Shown in pieces: positions 38,907 through 46,838 of a DNA stretch of 64,000 nt (its first letter is position 1; each line of letters opens with the position of its first letter). Location of the stretch: contig OZ245366.1 of assembly GCA_965226585.1 (NCBI GenBank), positions 640,001-704,000 of the forward strand, written 5' to 3'. The position numbers and the translations under genes are program-made. This stretch comes from Thermodesulfobacteriota bacterium (GTDB lineage Bacteria; Desulfobacterota_D; UBA1144; Nemesobacterales; Mycalebacteriaceae). A model generated the notes under the pieces. It made no database searches. It worked only from the letters and a program-made list of their open reading frames with translations, and was not told where the DNA came from.

Positions 38907-40052
38907 TTATACTTCCGCTACTTCCTTAAACAGCAAGTAATGTTTTTCCGTCATCACTTCAATGCTGAAAAGATCTCCCGCCCGTTTCGCGGCATTCTCG
39001 CCCATCTGTTTCGCAAGTTCGGGATTTTCTATCAGTTTCAAAATACCTTCCGCCATTTTCTCCGCATTCCCCACAGGAACAAGTATTCCGCTTTTCCCAT
39101 CCTCTATAATTTCATTTGCCCCAAACTTATAATCAGTCGAAACACAGGGAGTTCCAAGCGTTTGAGCCTCAACTACTGTTATTCCAAATCCCTCATAAAT
39201 TGATGATGACACATATACATCCGCCGCCTTCATAAACGGATACGGGTTTGTATCCTCTCCGGCAAAAGAAATATGCCCCGTCAGGTTGAGGTTTCTTATC
39301 ATTGCCATCAGTTTGGCTTTTTCGCTTTCCGTCTCCCGCCCACCAACTATGATTAACCTTGCGTCCGTTTTGTTACGCAAAATATCAAACGCCCCGATAA
39401 GCGTTCCAAAATCCTTTTGAGCCACTATTCTGCCGACCGACACGACAAGCGGGGTTTCTTTGTTTTCAATCCACGGATGACTCGCGGTTTCTCCGCTCTT
39501 TTCTCTCACTTCTTTAATGTCAATTCCGTTGTGAATTGCGGGGGGTTTTTCCTTCAAGTTCCAGTATTTACGGGAAAACTCCGCAAGTTCCGAAGATACC
39601 GCGACAACTACGGATGCCAGCCTTTTCGCCGTTTTAAGCACAAAATAACTCTGCCACTTCCACGACTGGCTGTCGTTTATCCTCGCCTCAGGGTTGTTCA
39701 TCTCCACAACAATAACGGGAACACCCAGCACCTTTCCGGCAATTACAGACGGCAAATTCATTACATGAGAATAAATTAAATCGGCTTCAATTTCCCTTGC
39801 GGCGCGGATTAAAGACAAGGTTCTGAAAACCGTTTTTATAAACGGAATTTTCGGCGGCGGGGTTTTCGGAAAAAAAACGGTCTTTTTCATTTCAGGCGGC
39901 AAATCTTTGTAAAACCCGTCCGTCTCTTTTCCCTCTGCCGCAAAAATAAAGGTTTCCGTGTTGTGATTTTCCCTCAACCCCCTCGCCAGATTCACAATAA
40001 CCTTCTCCGCCCCGCCCGGAATCAGATGATACGCCGTAAGTAAAACCCTCAA
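38907..40052 (-). CDS. Glycosyltransferase family 4
   Basis: GGAEKV, IHNGID, VGRIVAQKDF, NPYP and EGFGITVVEA motifs. Confidence 0.93.
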   Translation of the reverse strand: MRVLLTAYHLIPGGAEKVIVNLARGLRENHNTETFIFAAEGKETDGFYKDLPPEMKKTVFFPKTPPPKIPFIKTVFRTLSLIRAAREIEADLIYSHVMNLPSVIAGKVLGVPVIVVEMNNPEARINDSQSWKWQSYFVLKTAKRLASVVVAVSSELAEFSRKYWNLKEKPPAIHNGIDIKEVREKSGETASHPWIENKETPLVVSVGRIVAQKDFGTLIGAFDILRNKTDARLIIVGGRETESEKAKLMAMIRNLNLTGHISFAGEDTNPYPFMKAADVYVSSSIYEGFGITVVEAQTLGTPCVSTDYKFGANEIIEDGKSGILVPVGNAEKMAEGILKLIENPELAKQMGENAAKRAGDLFSIEVMTEKHYLLFKEVAEV

Positions 40053-40126
40053 TGTAATACCACCAATACCGGATTCCTGATTTCTGCATAGCCCATATCG
40101 CGCCTATTATACCAACAAACCACCCT

Positions 40127-40356
40127 TTCCGTGCCTGTCTCCTTTCCGTCATTCCGTGCCTGACACGGAAACCAGTATTCAACCGGTTAAACAATACTGG
40201 ATTCCTGCTTCCGCAGGAATGACGAAGGGGAGTGTCATTCCGTGCTTGACACGGAAACCAGTATTCAACTGGTTAACCAATACTGGATTCCTGCTTCCGC
40301 AGGAATGACGAAGGGGGGCAGGAATGACGGGGAGGGGCGGGAGTGACGGGGAGGGG
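40127..40356. repeat. Palindromic repeat cluster B (units 40148-40223 and 40234-40309, plus GGARTGAC half-sites)
   Basis: Same 76-bp unit in the same orientation. Confidence 0.97.
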
Positions 40357-40926
40357 CTAAGCCGCGACTCGCTTTGCTTCTTGAAAAGCAATCGGGTCGA
40401 GAGTATGCTCCGCACCGGTTGTCCATTTCTCAACGGATTCTGATATTAAGGCAACCGCCAAAATAACAGGCACAAAGGGAGCAAGAAGTATCAGCAACAA
40501 CGGAGAAGTTCTGAGAATATGCTTTCCGACCTCTGTTGACATGCGTTCAAAGTACTTCAATATTACTTTCTGAACTTCAGGGCTCAACAAATCAATTTCG
40601 CCATTTAACCTGTCCGTAAACGCCCGCCCCTCGCGCTCAACACGTTTTCTCTCAAACAGAAAGGTTAAGAGAAGACCAAGCAACGTTATCTTGCCCGCAA
40701 AACGTATGTAGCCGTTCATCAGCGTTCTGAGAGTTCCGTATGCGGGGTGGTTGAAGTCAATGTTGCCATCTGCGGCGTAGTCAAACATCTCATCCCTGAT
40801 TTCAAAAATTCTCTGTTTGAAGCCGTCAACAAGGGCGCGTTTGAGACCGAAAGACCAGACAGCCCAGGTGATTAAAAGAATTAAAAACGAAAACATTACA
40901 TTTGCTTTTTCAGCAGTAAATTCCAT
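40357..40926 (-). CDS. Uncharacterised membrane protein (3 hydrophobic segments)
   Basis: 189-aa ORF; D.FKQRIF.IRDEMFDYAA.G...F.HPAY..LR..MNG.IRF block; its stop codon abuts cluster B. Confidence 0.75.
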   Translation of the reverse strand: MEFTAEKANVMFSFLILLITWAVWSFGLKRALVDGFKQRIFEIRDEMFDYAADGNIDFNHPAYGTLRTLMNGYIRFAGKITLLGLLLTFLFERKRVEREGRAFTDRLNGEIDLLSPEVQKVILKYFERMSTEVGKHILRTSPLLLILLAPFVPVILAVALISESVEKWTTGAEHTLDPIAFQEAKRVAA

Positions 40927-40927
40927 A

Positions 40928-41260
40928 TTAAACCCCTTTGGTAGCGGCTCCGTCCGCCGCCCCTATGCTACCGGAACTTCTGGAATCGTCAAACTTTTTC
41001 TCCAGCTCACGTATCCTGTCTTCAAGGTATTTTGTTTTCCACATTCTTATAGACCTTTCGTAGATTGCCCAAGAGAAGAATGCGACACACATGAGTAAAA
41101 GCGAAACCTTTACGCCATCTTTGCTTCCCAATGTTGAGAGGACAACATCAACGACAATACTTGTGTCAGTTCCTTTGATGTCTTTCAGGGTCAGATACGC
41201 AATGTAGAACATGGCAACTCTGCCCGCCTGAACAAGAAATGTTTCAATAGTTTTTCCCAT
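40928..41260 (-). CDS. Uncharacterised 2-TM protein with a coiled-coil tail
   Basis: 110-aa ORF with a 1-nt gap to the downstream gene; upstream promoter. Confidence 0.7.
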   Translation of the reverse strand: MGKTIETFLVQAGRVAMFYIAYLTLKDIKGTDTSIVVDVVLSTLGSKDGVKVSLLLMCVAFFSWAIYERSIRMWKTKYLEDRIRELEKKFDDSRSSGSIGAADGAATKGV

Positions 41261-41294
41261 GCCGATTTACGACCGGAGCAACTGCTCGGGGGCA

Positions 41295-41323
41295 ATTTTA
41301 ACCCGACAAACTCCCATTTTCAA
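41295..41323 (-). promoter_or_regulatory. sigma70 promoter for the 41260-40357 cassette
   Basis: TTGAAA-N17-TAAAAT on the minus strand. Confidence 0.6.
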
Positions 41324-41332
41324 TTCTCAAGC

Positions 41333-41552
41333 CTCTCCTTCCGTCATTCCGTGCTTGACACGGAAACCAGTATTCAACCGGTTAATTAATACTGGATTCC
41401 TGCTTCCGCAGGAATGACGGAGGAGTGTGTCATTCCGTGCTTGACACGGAAACCAGTATTCAACTGGTTAATTAATACTGGATTCCTGCTTCCGCAGGAA
41501 TGACGGAGGGGAGGGGGTGGAATGACGGAGGGGCGGGAGTGACGGGAAGGGG
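41333..41552. repeat. Palindromic repeat cluster C (units 41343-41418 and 41429-41504, plus half-sites)
   Basis: Same 76-bp unit in the same orientation. Confidence 0.97.
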
Positions 41553-41561
41553 TTAATAGCC

Positions 41562-41590
41562 TTGACTATGGTTTTCTGCTGGATTAACAT
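41562..41590 (+). promoter_or_regulatory. sigma70 promoter for the 41600-42100 cassette (near-leaderless)
   Basis: TTGACT-N17-TAACAT, 9 nt before the ATG at 41600. Confidence 0.6.
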
Positions 41591-41599
41591 TTTCCTGCT

Positions 41600-41806
41600 A
41601 TGAACAGGAATGTTCCACGGAATCAGGAAGAAACTACAAGGACTCTTGCCGCAGTTATTGGCGGCGCGTTGCTTGGGGTTGCGGTTGGCGGTCCCGTTGG
41701 CGCGGTTGTCGGCGGAGCTGTGGGTCTGATTGCGGGGCAGAAAACGAACAATTCATTAAGAAAGAAGAATGGTCACGACCGACCATCAGAAAAAACCAAG
41801 TTTTAG
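41600..41806 (+). CDS. Small glycine-zipper protein
   Basis: 68 aa; GGALLGVAVGGPVGAVVGGAVG (repeated GxxxG) followed by a basic tail. Confidence 0.7.
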   Translation: MNRNVPRNQEETTRTLAAVIGGALLGVAVGGPVGAVVGGAVGLIAGQKTNNSLRKKNGHDRPSEKTKF

Positions 41807-41809
41807 AAT

Positions 41810-42100
41810 ATGAGCGGGATGTACATTCTTTATATTGCCACGGCAGTGTTGGGGCTTGTTCTTACAGGCTTTTACTTGTTACGTTGTCGCAAGTATAGCG
41901 TGAGTGTGAACGGTTCCGTGATTATCACTCTCTTCTTGCTTGCCGGTGGTTTACTGGGCGGTTTTGCTCTTATGGTAAGCCTCTTTCTCCCGGAAGTGCG
42001 GGACATTCCCAAGTTTGATGAATATGTCTTCATTGGCGGAATTTCTATGACAGTATATGTATCCAGCAAGATATACGGCATCCTCAAGTTTCTTCAGTAA
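41810..42100 (+). CDS. Small 3-TM membrane protein
   Basis: 96 aa with three hydrophobic segments, starting 3 nt after the glycine-zipper gene. Confidence 0.7.
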   Translation: MSGMYILYIATAVLGLVLTGFYLLRCRKYSVSVNGSVIITLFLLAGGLLGGFALMVSLFLPEVRDIPKFDEYVFIGGISMTVYVSSKIYGILKFLQ

Positions 42101-42111
42101 TCCTCTCTTTT

Positions 42112-42457
42112 TCCGTCATTCCGTGCCTGACACGGAAACCAGTATTCAACTGGTTAATCAATACTGGATTCCTGCTTCCGCAGGAATGACGGGGGAGTGT
42201 GTCATTCCGTGCCTGACACGGAAACCAGTATTCAACTGGTTAACCAATACTGGATTCCTGCTTCCGCAGGAATGACGGAGGAGTGTGTCATTCCGTGCCT
42301 GACACGGAATCCAGTATTCAACCGGTTAATTAATACTGGATTCCTGCTTCCGCAGGAATGACGGAGGAGTGTGTCATTCCGTGCCTGACACGGAAACCAG
42401 TATTCAACTGGTTAACCAATACTGGATTCCTGCTTCCGCAGGAATGACGGGAAGGGT
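42112..42457. repeat. Palindromic repeat cluster D (4 tandem units: 42115-42190, 42201-42276, 42287-42362, 42373-42448; 86-bp period)
   Basis: 76-bp units separated by a near-constant 10-bp GGRGGAGTGT linker. Confidence 0.97.
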
Positions 42458-42459
42458 GC

Positions 42460-43581
42460 CTAGTCCGCAACCTTCCTGAACAATTCCGCGTATTTTCCCG
42501 TCATTTTCTCAATACTGAAAAAACTCTCGGCGCGGGTTGCGCCGGACTTTGCCATTACATTCGCAAGAACGGGGTTCTCTATCATTTTTAATATCGCCTC
42601 CGCCATCTTTTCCGCATCTCCCACGGGAACAAGCAAACCATTCTCGCCATCACGGATTATCTCACTTGCCGCAAATTTGTAGTCCGTTGAAATACACGGA
42701 ACCCCAAGACACTGCGCTTCAAGAAGCGTGTTCCCAAACCCCTCATAAACAGACGGCTGAACATATACGTCCGCAAGGGCGATTAACGGATACGGATTTA
42801 CCATCTCCCCCGCAAATATAATCGCGTCATCAATTCCCATGCCTCGCGCACGCTCCTCAAGCGAACCCCTTAACTTCCCGTCTCCCACAAGCAACAGACG
42901 CGCATCGCCGCCTTTTTCCGCCATGCTTTTTTTCACTAAGGAAAAAGCGTCTATTAAAGTGTCAAAACCCTTCTGCCTTACAAACCGCCCCACAGACACA
43001 ACTACGGGAATTCCCGCGCCCGTTTCCATATTCACGCGCTGTTTGCTTTTTTCCCTCGCCAGAGCCGTGTCCACGCCGTTGTGAATTACTTGGGGAACCA
43101 CACCCCCGTACACCTCAACACACTCTCCCGCCAAACCCTCTGATATGGCGGTGAAACTATCCGCCCTCTGCGCGAAAAAACGGTGAAGAAAAAACATCAA
43201 CCAATTGCGCTCCCTTAAAAAACCTATGTTGTTTCCCTCAGTCCATACGGTTTTAATCCCAAATATACGCCCGGCGACTGTGTTGAGTATTTTTGTCCAG
43301 TGCCTTGAATAAAGAACATCGGGCTTTTCTCTTATCACCGCCCGAAAAAACGCGCATGAACCCCACAAACGGGAAAGAAAATGGAATCGTTTTACAAAGG
43401 CGGGATAACAGGGGGTCAGCAATTTCACGCCGGAAGCAATTTCACCCTCAATTCCGCCGCCGCCCAAAGCGAACACAACACAGTCAAACTCCCCGCAAAG
43501 CCCGTTCGCAATGGCAACCGTCTGCCTCTGCGCGCCGGCGGTATTTAAGTTCGGCAAAGAAAAAAGGATTTTCTTTCTCAA
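42460..43581 (-). CDS. Glycosyltransferase family 4 (paralog of 38907-40052)
   Basis: AGAQRQ, IHNGVD, VGRFVRQKGF, NPYP, EGFGNTLLEAQ and STDYKF motifs; TTG start overlapping the upstream stop. Confidence 0.92.
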   Translation of the reverse strand: MRKKILFSLPNLNTAGAQRQTVAIANGLCGEFDCVVFALGGGGIEGEIASGVKLLTPCYPAFVKRFHFLSRLWGSCAFFRAVIREKPDVLYSRHWTKILNTVAGRIFGIKTVWTEGNNIGFLRERNWLMFFLHRFFAQRADSFTAISEGLAGECVEVYGGVVPQVIHNGVDTALAREKSKQRVNMETGAGIPVVVSVGRFVRQKGFDTLIDAFSLVKKSMAEKGGDARLLLVGDGKLRGSLEERARGMGIDDAIIFAGEMVNPYPLIALADVYVQPSVYEGFGNTLLEAQCLGVPCISTDYKFAASEIIRDGENGLLVPVGDAEKMAEAILKMIENPVLANVMAKSGATRAESFFSIEKMTGKYAELFRKVAD

Positions 43582-44786
43582 TCGTGCCTCAACGCCTCCA
43601 CGGGGTTGAGTTTTGCGGCTTTGCGGGCGGGGTATATGCCGAAACCCACACCAACTGCGGCGGAGAAAAGACACGCTATCGCTATCGCGCCGAAAGATAT
43701 CTCAACGGGCCAGCCCGTGAACAGAGACGATACTTTTGAAATCACCGCCCCAAGCACAATTCCCACCGCTCCGCCCGCAAGAGACAGCGAAAGAGACTCA
43801 ACAAGAAACTGCCTCAATATGTCGCTCTCCCTCGCGCCCACAGCCATTCTTATCCCTATCTCCTTTGTCCGCTCGCTGACGGAAACAAGCATTATGTTCA
43901 TAATCCCCACACCGCCGACTATCAGCGATATGGACGCGATGCTGATGAGCAAAATTCTCAATATCCGCGTTACAACGGCTATGCGCTCAAGGTTCTGAGC
44001 GTTGTTTCTGATAACAAAATCGTCTCTCTGCCCCGGCTCTATGCCGTGATTTCGTCTCATAAGAGACGCAATCTCAACAAATACCGTATCCATCATTTCA
44101 GAGTTTTTTACGGCAATCGAAATTTTTGATAGATGCTTTACCGAAAGAATCCGCTTTTGAACCGTTGAATACGGCATAAGAATTATGTCGTCCTGATCTG
44201 CCCCGCCCGGCTTTGCCCCCAGTTTCTGCATAACACCCGCAACCGTGCAGGTTACGCCGCTTATCCGTATCTTTCCGCCCGCCGCCGGAGACGCCCCGAA
44301 CAGTTTTTCCGCCACAGTTGCCCCGATAACACACACCGAACGCGAGTTCTCAATGTCATCCGCGCTGAAAAATGTTCCCGCGCCCGGAAACCAGTCGTTT
44401 ATGAAAGTGAACGAGCGCGAAACGCCTACAATCTCCGTTGCCCACTGGTTTTTGCCGTAGACCGCAAGACCCTTTGTTCTGATAATCTCGGAAACAAACT
44501 CAACATCGGGCATTTCCCTTATGGAATTCGCGTCTTTAACCGTGAGGGGTTTGCCGCCGGCAAGGTTGAGAAGCCCGCCGCCCGTGCGCAAGGGGCTTAT
44601 TATCATCGCCTTGCCGCCCAGCCGCTCGAACTGCTCGCCTATCATCCTGCTTGCCCCCTGTGTTGTGGACACAAGCGAAACAACCGCCGCCACTCCGATT
44701 ATTACTCCGAGAGAGGTCAGCATTGAACGCGCTTTGTTCGACATTATCGCCCGGTAGGCGACCGTCAGAGATCTGAAAGGTTGCAT
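43578..44786 (-). CDS. MacB/FtsX-family ABC permease
   Basis: RSMLTSLGVIIGVAAV, VGGVGIMNIMLVSVSERTKEIGIRMAVGA and YPARKAAKLNPVEALR motifs. Confidence 0.95.
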   Translation of the reverse strand: MQPFRSLTVAYRAIMSNKARSMLTSLGVIIGVAAVVSLVSTTQGASRMIGEQFERLGGKAMIISPLRTGGGLLNLAGGKPLTVKDANSIREMPDVEFVSEIIRTKGLAVYGKNQWATEIVGVSRSFTFINDWFPGAGTFFSADDIENSRSVCVIGATVAEKLFGASPAAGGKIRISGVTCTVAGVMQKLGAKPGGADQDDIILMPYSTVQKRILSVKHLSKISIAVKNSEMMDTVFVEIASLMRRNHGIEPGQRDDFVIRNNAQNLERIAVVTRILRILLISIASISLIVGGVGIMNIMLVSVSERTKEIGIRMAVGARESDILRQFLVESLSLSLAGGAVGIVLGAVISKVSSLFTGWPVEISFGAIAIACLFSAAVGVGFGIYPARKAAKLNPVEALRHD

Positions 44787-44837
44787 GGCTCAGTTCTGAT
44801 TATAATACAAAAGCGGCGCGCGCGGACAGATTCCGCT

Positions 44838-46439
44838 CTAATCAAGACTGCGGTAGCGGGTTCTCTGAACCACGGCAACCACCGCGCACGGCACGGCAAC
44901 ACCGATGACCGAGACCGTTATGAGAAGCATTCCAAGTTCCGAGTAGTCTGCGTTTGTAATGACTTCCCCCGCCTTGTCTCTGATTTCGCGGGTAACGACA
45001 AAGATTTTGTTCATATACTCCGTTCCGAGGCTGTTTGCCGAAAGCGCGAGATTGGCAAAAGACGCGAACACGGCAAAAAAGGTTGCCTTGAGGTGGGCGG
45101 GGGCGTTTCTGGCTATCCACGCGAGCACCGGTATCAGGGCAACCTGCCCGAAAGGAGACGCAAGAGCGGTGTTCACTATCGCGATAAATCTGGCGTCCAC
45201 AATTCCGCTCGTGTGCGCCGCAGTCCACTCGTGAACGCCATAGTAAAGCCCTATTCCGGGAAGAGACATAACCCCCCATATCACAGACAGAAACACAACT
45301 ATGCGGGCTATGCTTGACCTGCTCATAAACGGCAGGAAAAACACAATTCCCGCAAGCGTTAGCACTGAGGTTATGATTGAAAGGTAAGACAGAAACTGTT
45401 CGTCAAAACCCAGAAGGTCTATCTGAAACCACGCATCTCCCGGTCCCACGCCCGGAACCGCGCTGAATATGAATATAACAATGGACGTGCCGATGAGTTT
45501 TTTGCGCGAACTTTCTGGCACTTCGTCAAGGAGTTTCCGCATAAGGAATACGAGAATTCCCATTGAGCCGATAAACACCAGTTCTTTTGAATAATTGATG
45601 TCTGCAAGTCCCACGCCTATGCTGAACGCCATAAATCCGAGACTGCCGCCCAGAATCCACCAGTTGGGCGAAACGGGTTCGCTTTCGCGTTCGGGGCTTA
45701 TGTGTCCGGTTTTTTTGAGGATTTCCGCGAGCAGAACGCCCGCCACAGACACAATGGGAATGGCGAGCGCCATAAGGTAGATGTTTGCGTATATCCGCGC
45801 TTTTTCCTCGTCTCCCAGTTCGGCAACACCGTCAAACGCCACAACGTTGACAAGGGCGACAATTACTGTGCCTCCTATCACGGCAAATCTGCCGAGTGTT
45901 TGCATGGTTGTGTGCATTGCTTTGAGGGTTTGTTCGTCAATTTCTCCGCCGTCTTCCGCCGTTTCGGGAACCGCTTCAACGGTCATTGCGTCTGCCACAA
46001 CGTCTTGCAGAACGTAGCCAACGGGGCTTATCACCACGCTGATGACAAACCAGCTTGCCGCCGGCATGATGGACTCCATATATTCGCGGTGGGCTATCAG
46101 CCCGTAGATGATAAACAGACCGGCGGTGATAAATGCCGCGCCGACAAAAACCAGTATGTATTTGTACCGCCAGATGAGGTCAACGAGGTGGCCCATAGGC
46201 ATTTTCATAGCCCACGGAAGCCCCGCCCAGAAGCCCAGTCCGGCAAGGAAAGCGGCGGACAGGTCGAGGTAGTCTTTTATAAAGAAAGTGCCGACAATTC
46301 CCGTAAGCGCGGAAATGCCTGCGGCGAGATAGACCATTATGGGCGGTATGAAACTAAGGCGGAATTGTTTAAAGAAACCGGAAATACCGGGAACGCCTTT
46401 TGAGGTTTTAGGGGAAATGCTCAACTTGAGCGGCAACAT
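44838..46439 (-). CDS. BT1 / folate-biopterin transporter-like MFS protein (start uncertain)
   Basis: About 12 TM; LPWAMKMPMGHLVD, QDVVADAMTVE and APAHLKATFFAVFASFANL motifs. Confidence 0.75.
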   Translation of the reverse strand: MLPLKLSISPKTSKGVPGISGFFKQFRLSFIPPIMVYLAAGISALTGIVGTFFIKDYLDLSAAFLAGLGFWAGLPWAMKMPMGHLVDLIWRYKYILVFVGAAFITAGLFIIYGLIAHREYMESIMPAASWFVISVVISPVGYVLQDVVADAMTVEAVPETAEDGGEIDEQTLKAMHTTMQTLGRFAVIGGTVIVALVNVVAFDGVAELGDEEKARIYANIYLMALAIPIVSVAGVLLAEILKKTGHISPERESEPVSPNWWILGGSLGFMAFSIGVGLADINYSKELVFIGSMGILVFLMRKLLDEVPESSRKKLIGTSIVIFIFSAVPGVGPGDAWFQIDLLGFDEQFLSYLSIITSVLTLAGIVFFLPFMSRSSIARIVVFLSVIWGVMSLPGIGLYYGVHEWTAAHTSGIVDARFIAIVNTALASPFGQVALIPVLAWIARNAPAHLKATFFAVFASFANLALSANSLGTEYMNKIFVVTREIRDKAGEVITNADYSELGMLLITVSVIGVAVPCAVVAVVQRTRYRSLD

Positions 46440-46544
46440 TACACGGAGCGGCGGAATTTGTAAAACCTTGCCCCTGTCTCCACTCCCCAACCCTTGACCT
46501 AACCCCATTCTTGTCCATAGACTAAACACTTAAGACAGGCACAG

Positions 46545-46811
46545 ATGCTCAATGAGACAATAAATATGTGGATAAGAACAGGGGCGGATATACAGGTGCT
46601 TAACCCAGAGGCGGAGATTGAAGGAAGGCTTGAGAGGGATAATGTTCCCGTTGACGGCACAATGGACAGGGTGATGTTCACCTACGGCGCGGGTTTTGAA
46701 TACAGCCCTTACGAGAAGTTTAATGTGAGTTTTGAATATGGCGGCGGGGTGAGTTCTTCGGTTGATACTTTTGTTCAGCAGTTTAGAGGCGGAGTTAATT
46801 ACAGGTTTTAA
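46545..46811 (+). pseudogene. Orphan C-terminal fragment of an autotransporter beta-barrel
   Basis: Aligns by eye with the last ~85 aa of 46839-50234 (INMWIRTGAD/VNMWMTAGAD; YGAG/YSAG; YGGGVSSSVDTFVQQF/YSGGVSTTFDTLTQTF). Ends in YRF, has no signal peptide, and has an in-frame TAG at 46518. Confidence 0.75.
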
Positions 46812-46838
46812 GACCCTCCCATTCGAGGATGTAGCATT

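Noticed and set aside
42115..42448. CRISPR array (regular 86-bp period; also the 89-bp period at 50324-50577)
   Set aside because: The repeat is 76 bp, the linkers are 10-13 bp and nearly identical rather than unique spacers, there are no cas genes, and the same unit is scattered in six clusters.
40148..42448. Classical integron attC sites (ATTCAAC and GTTAAAC-like cores occur in the unit)
   Set aside because: The cores are only 2 bp apart in the central loop instead of bounding the site, the cassettes face opposite ways, and no intI is in the window.
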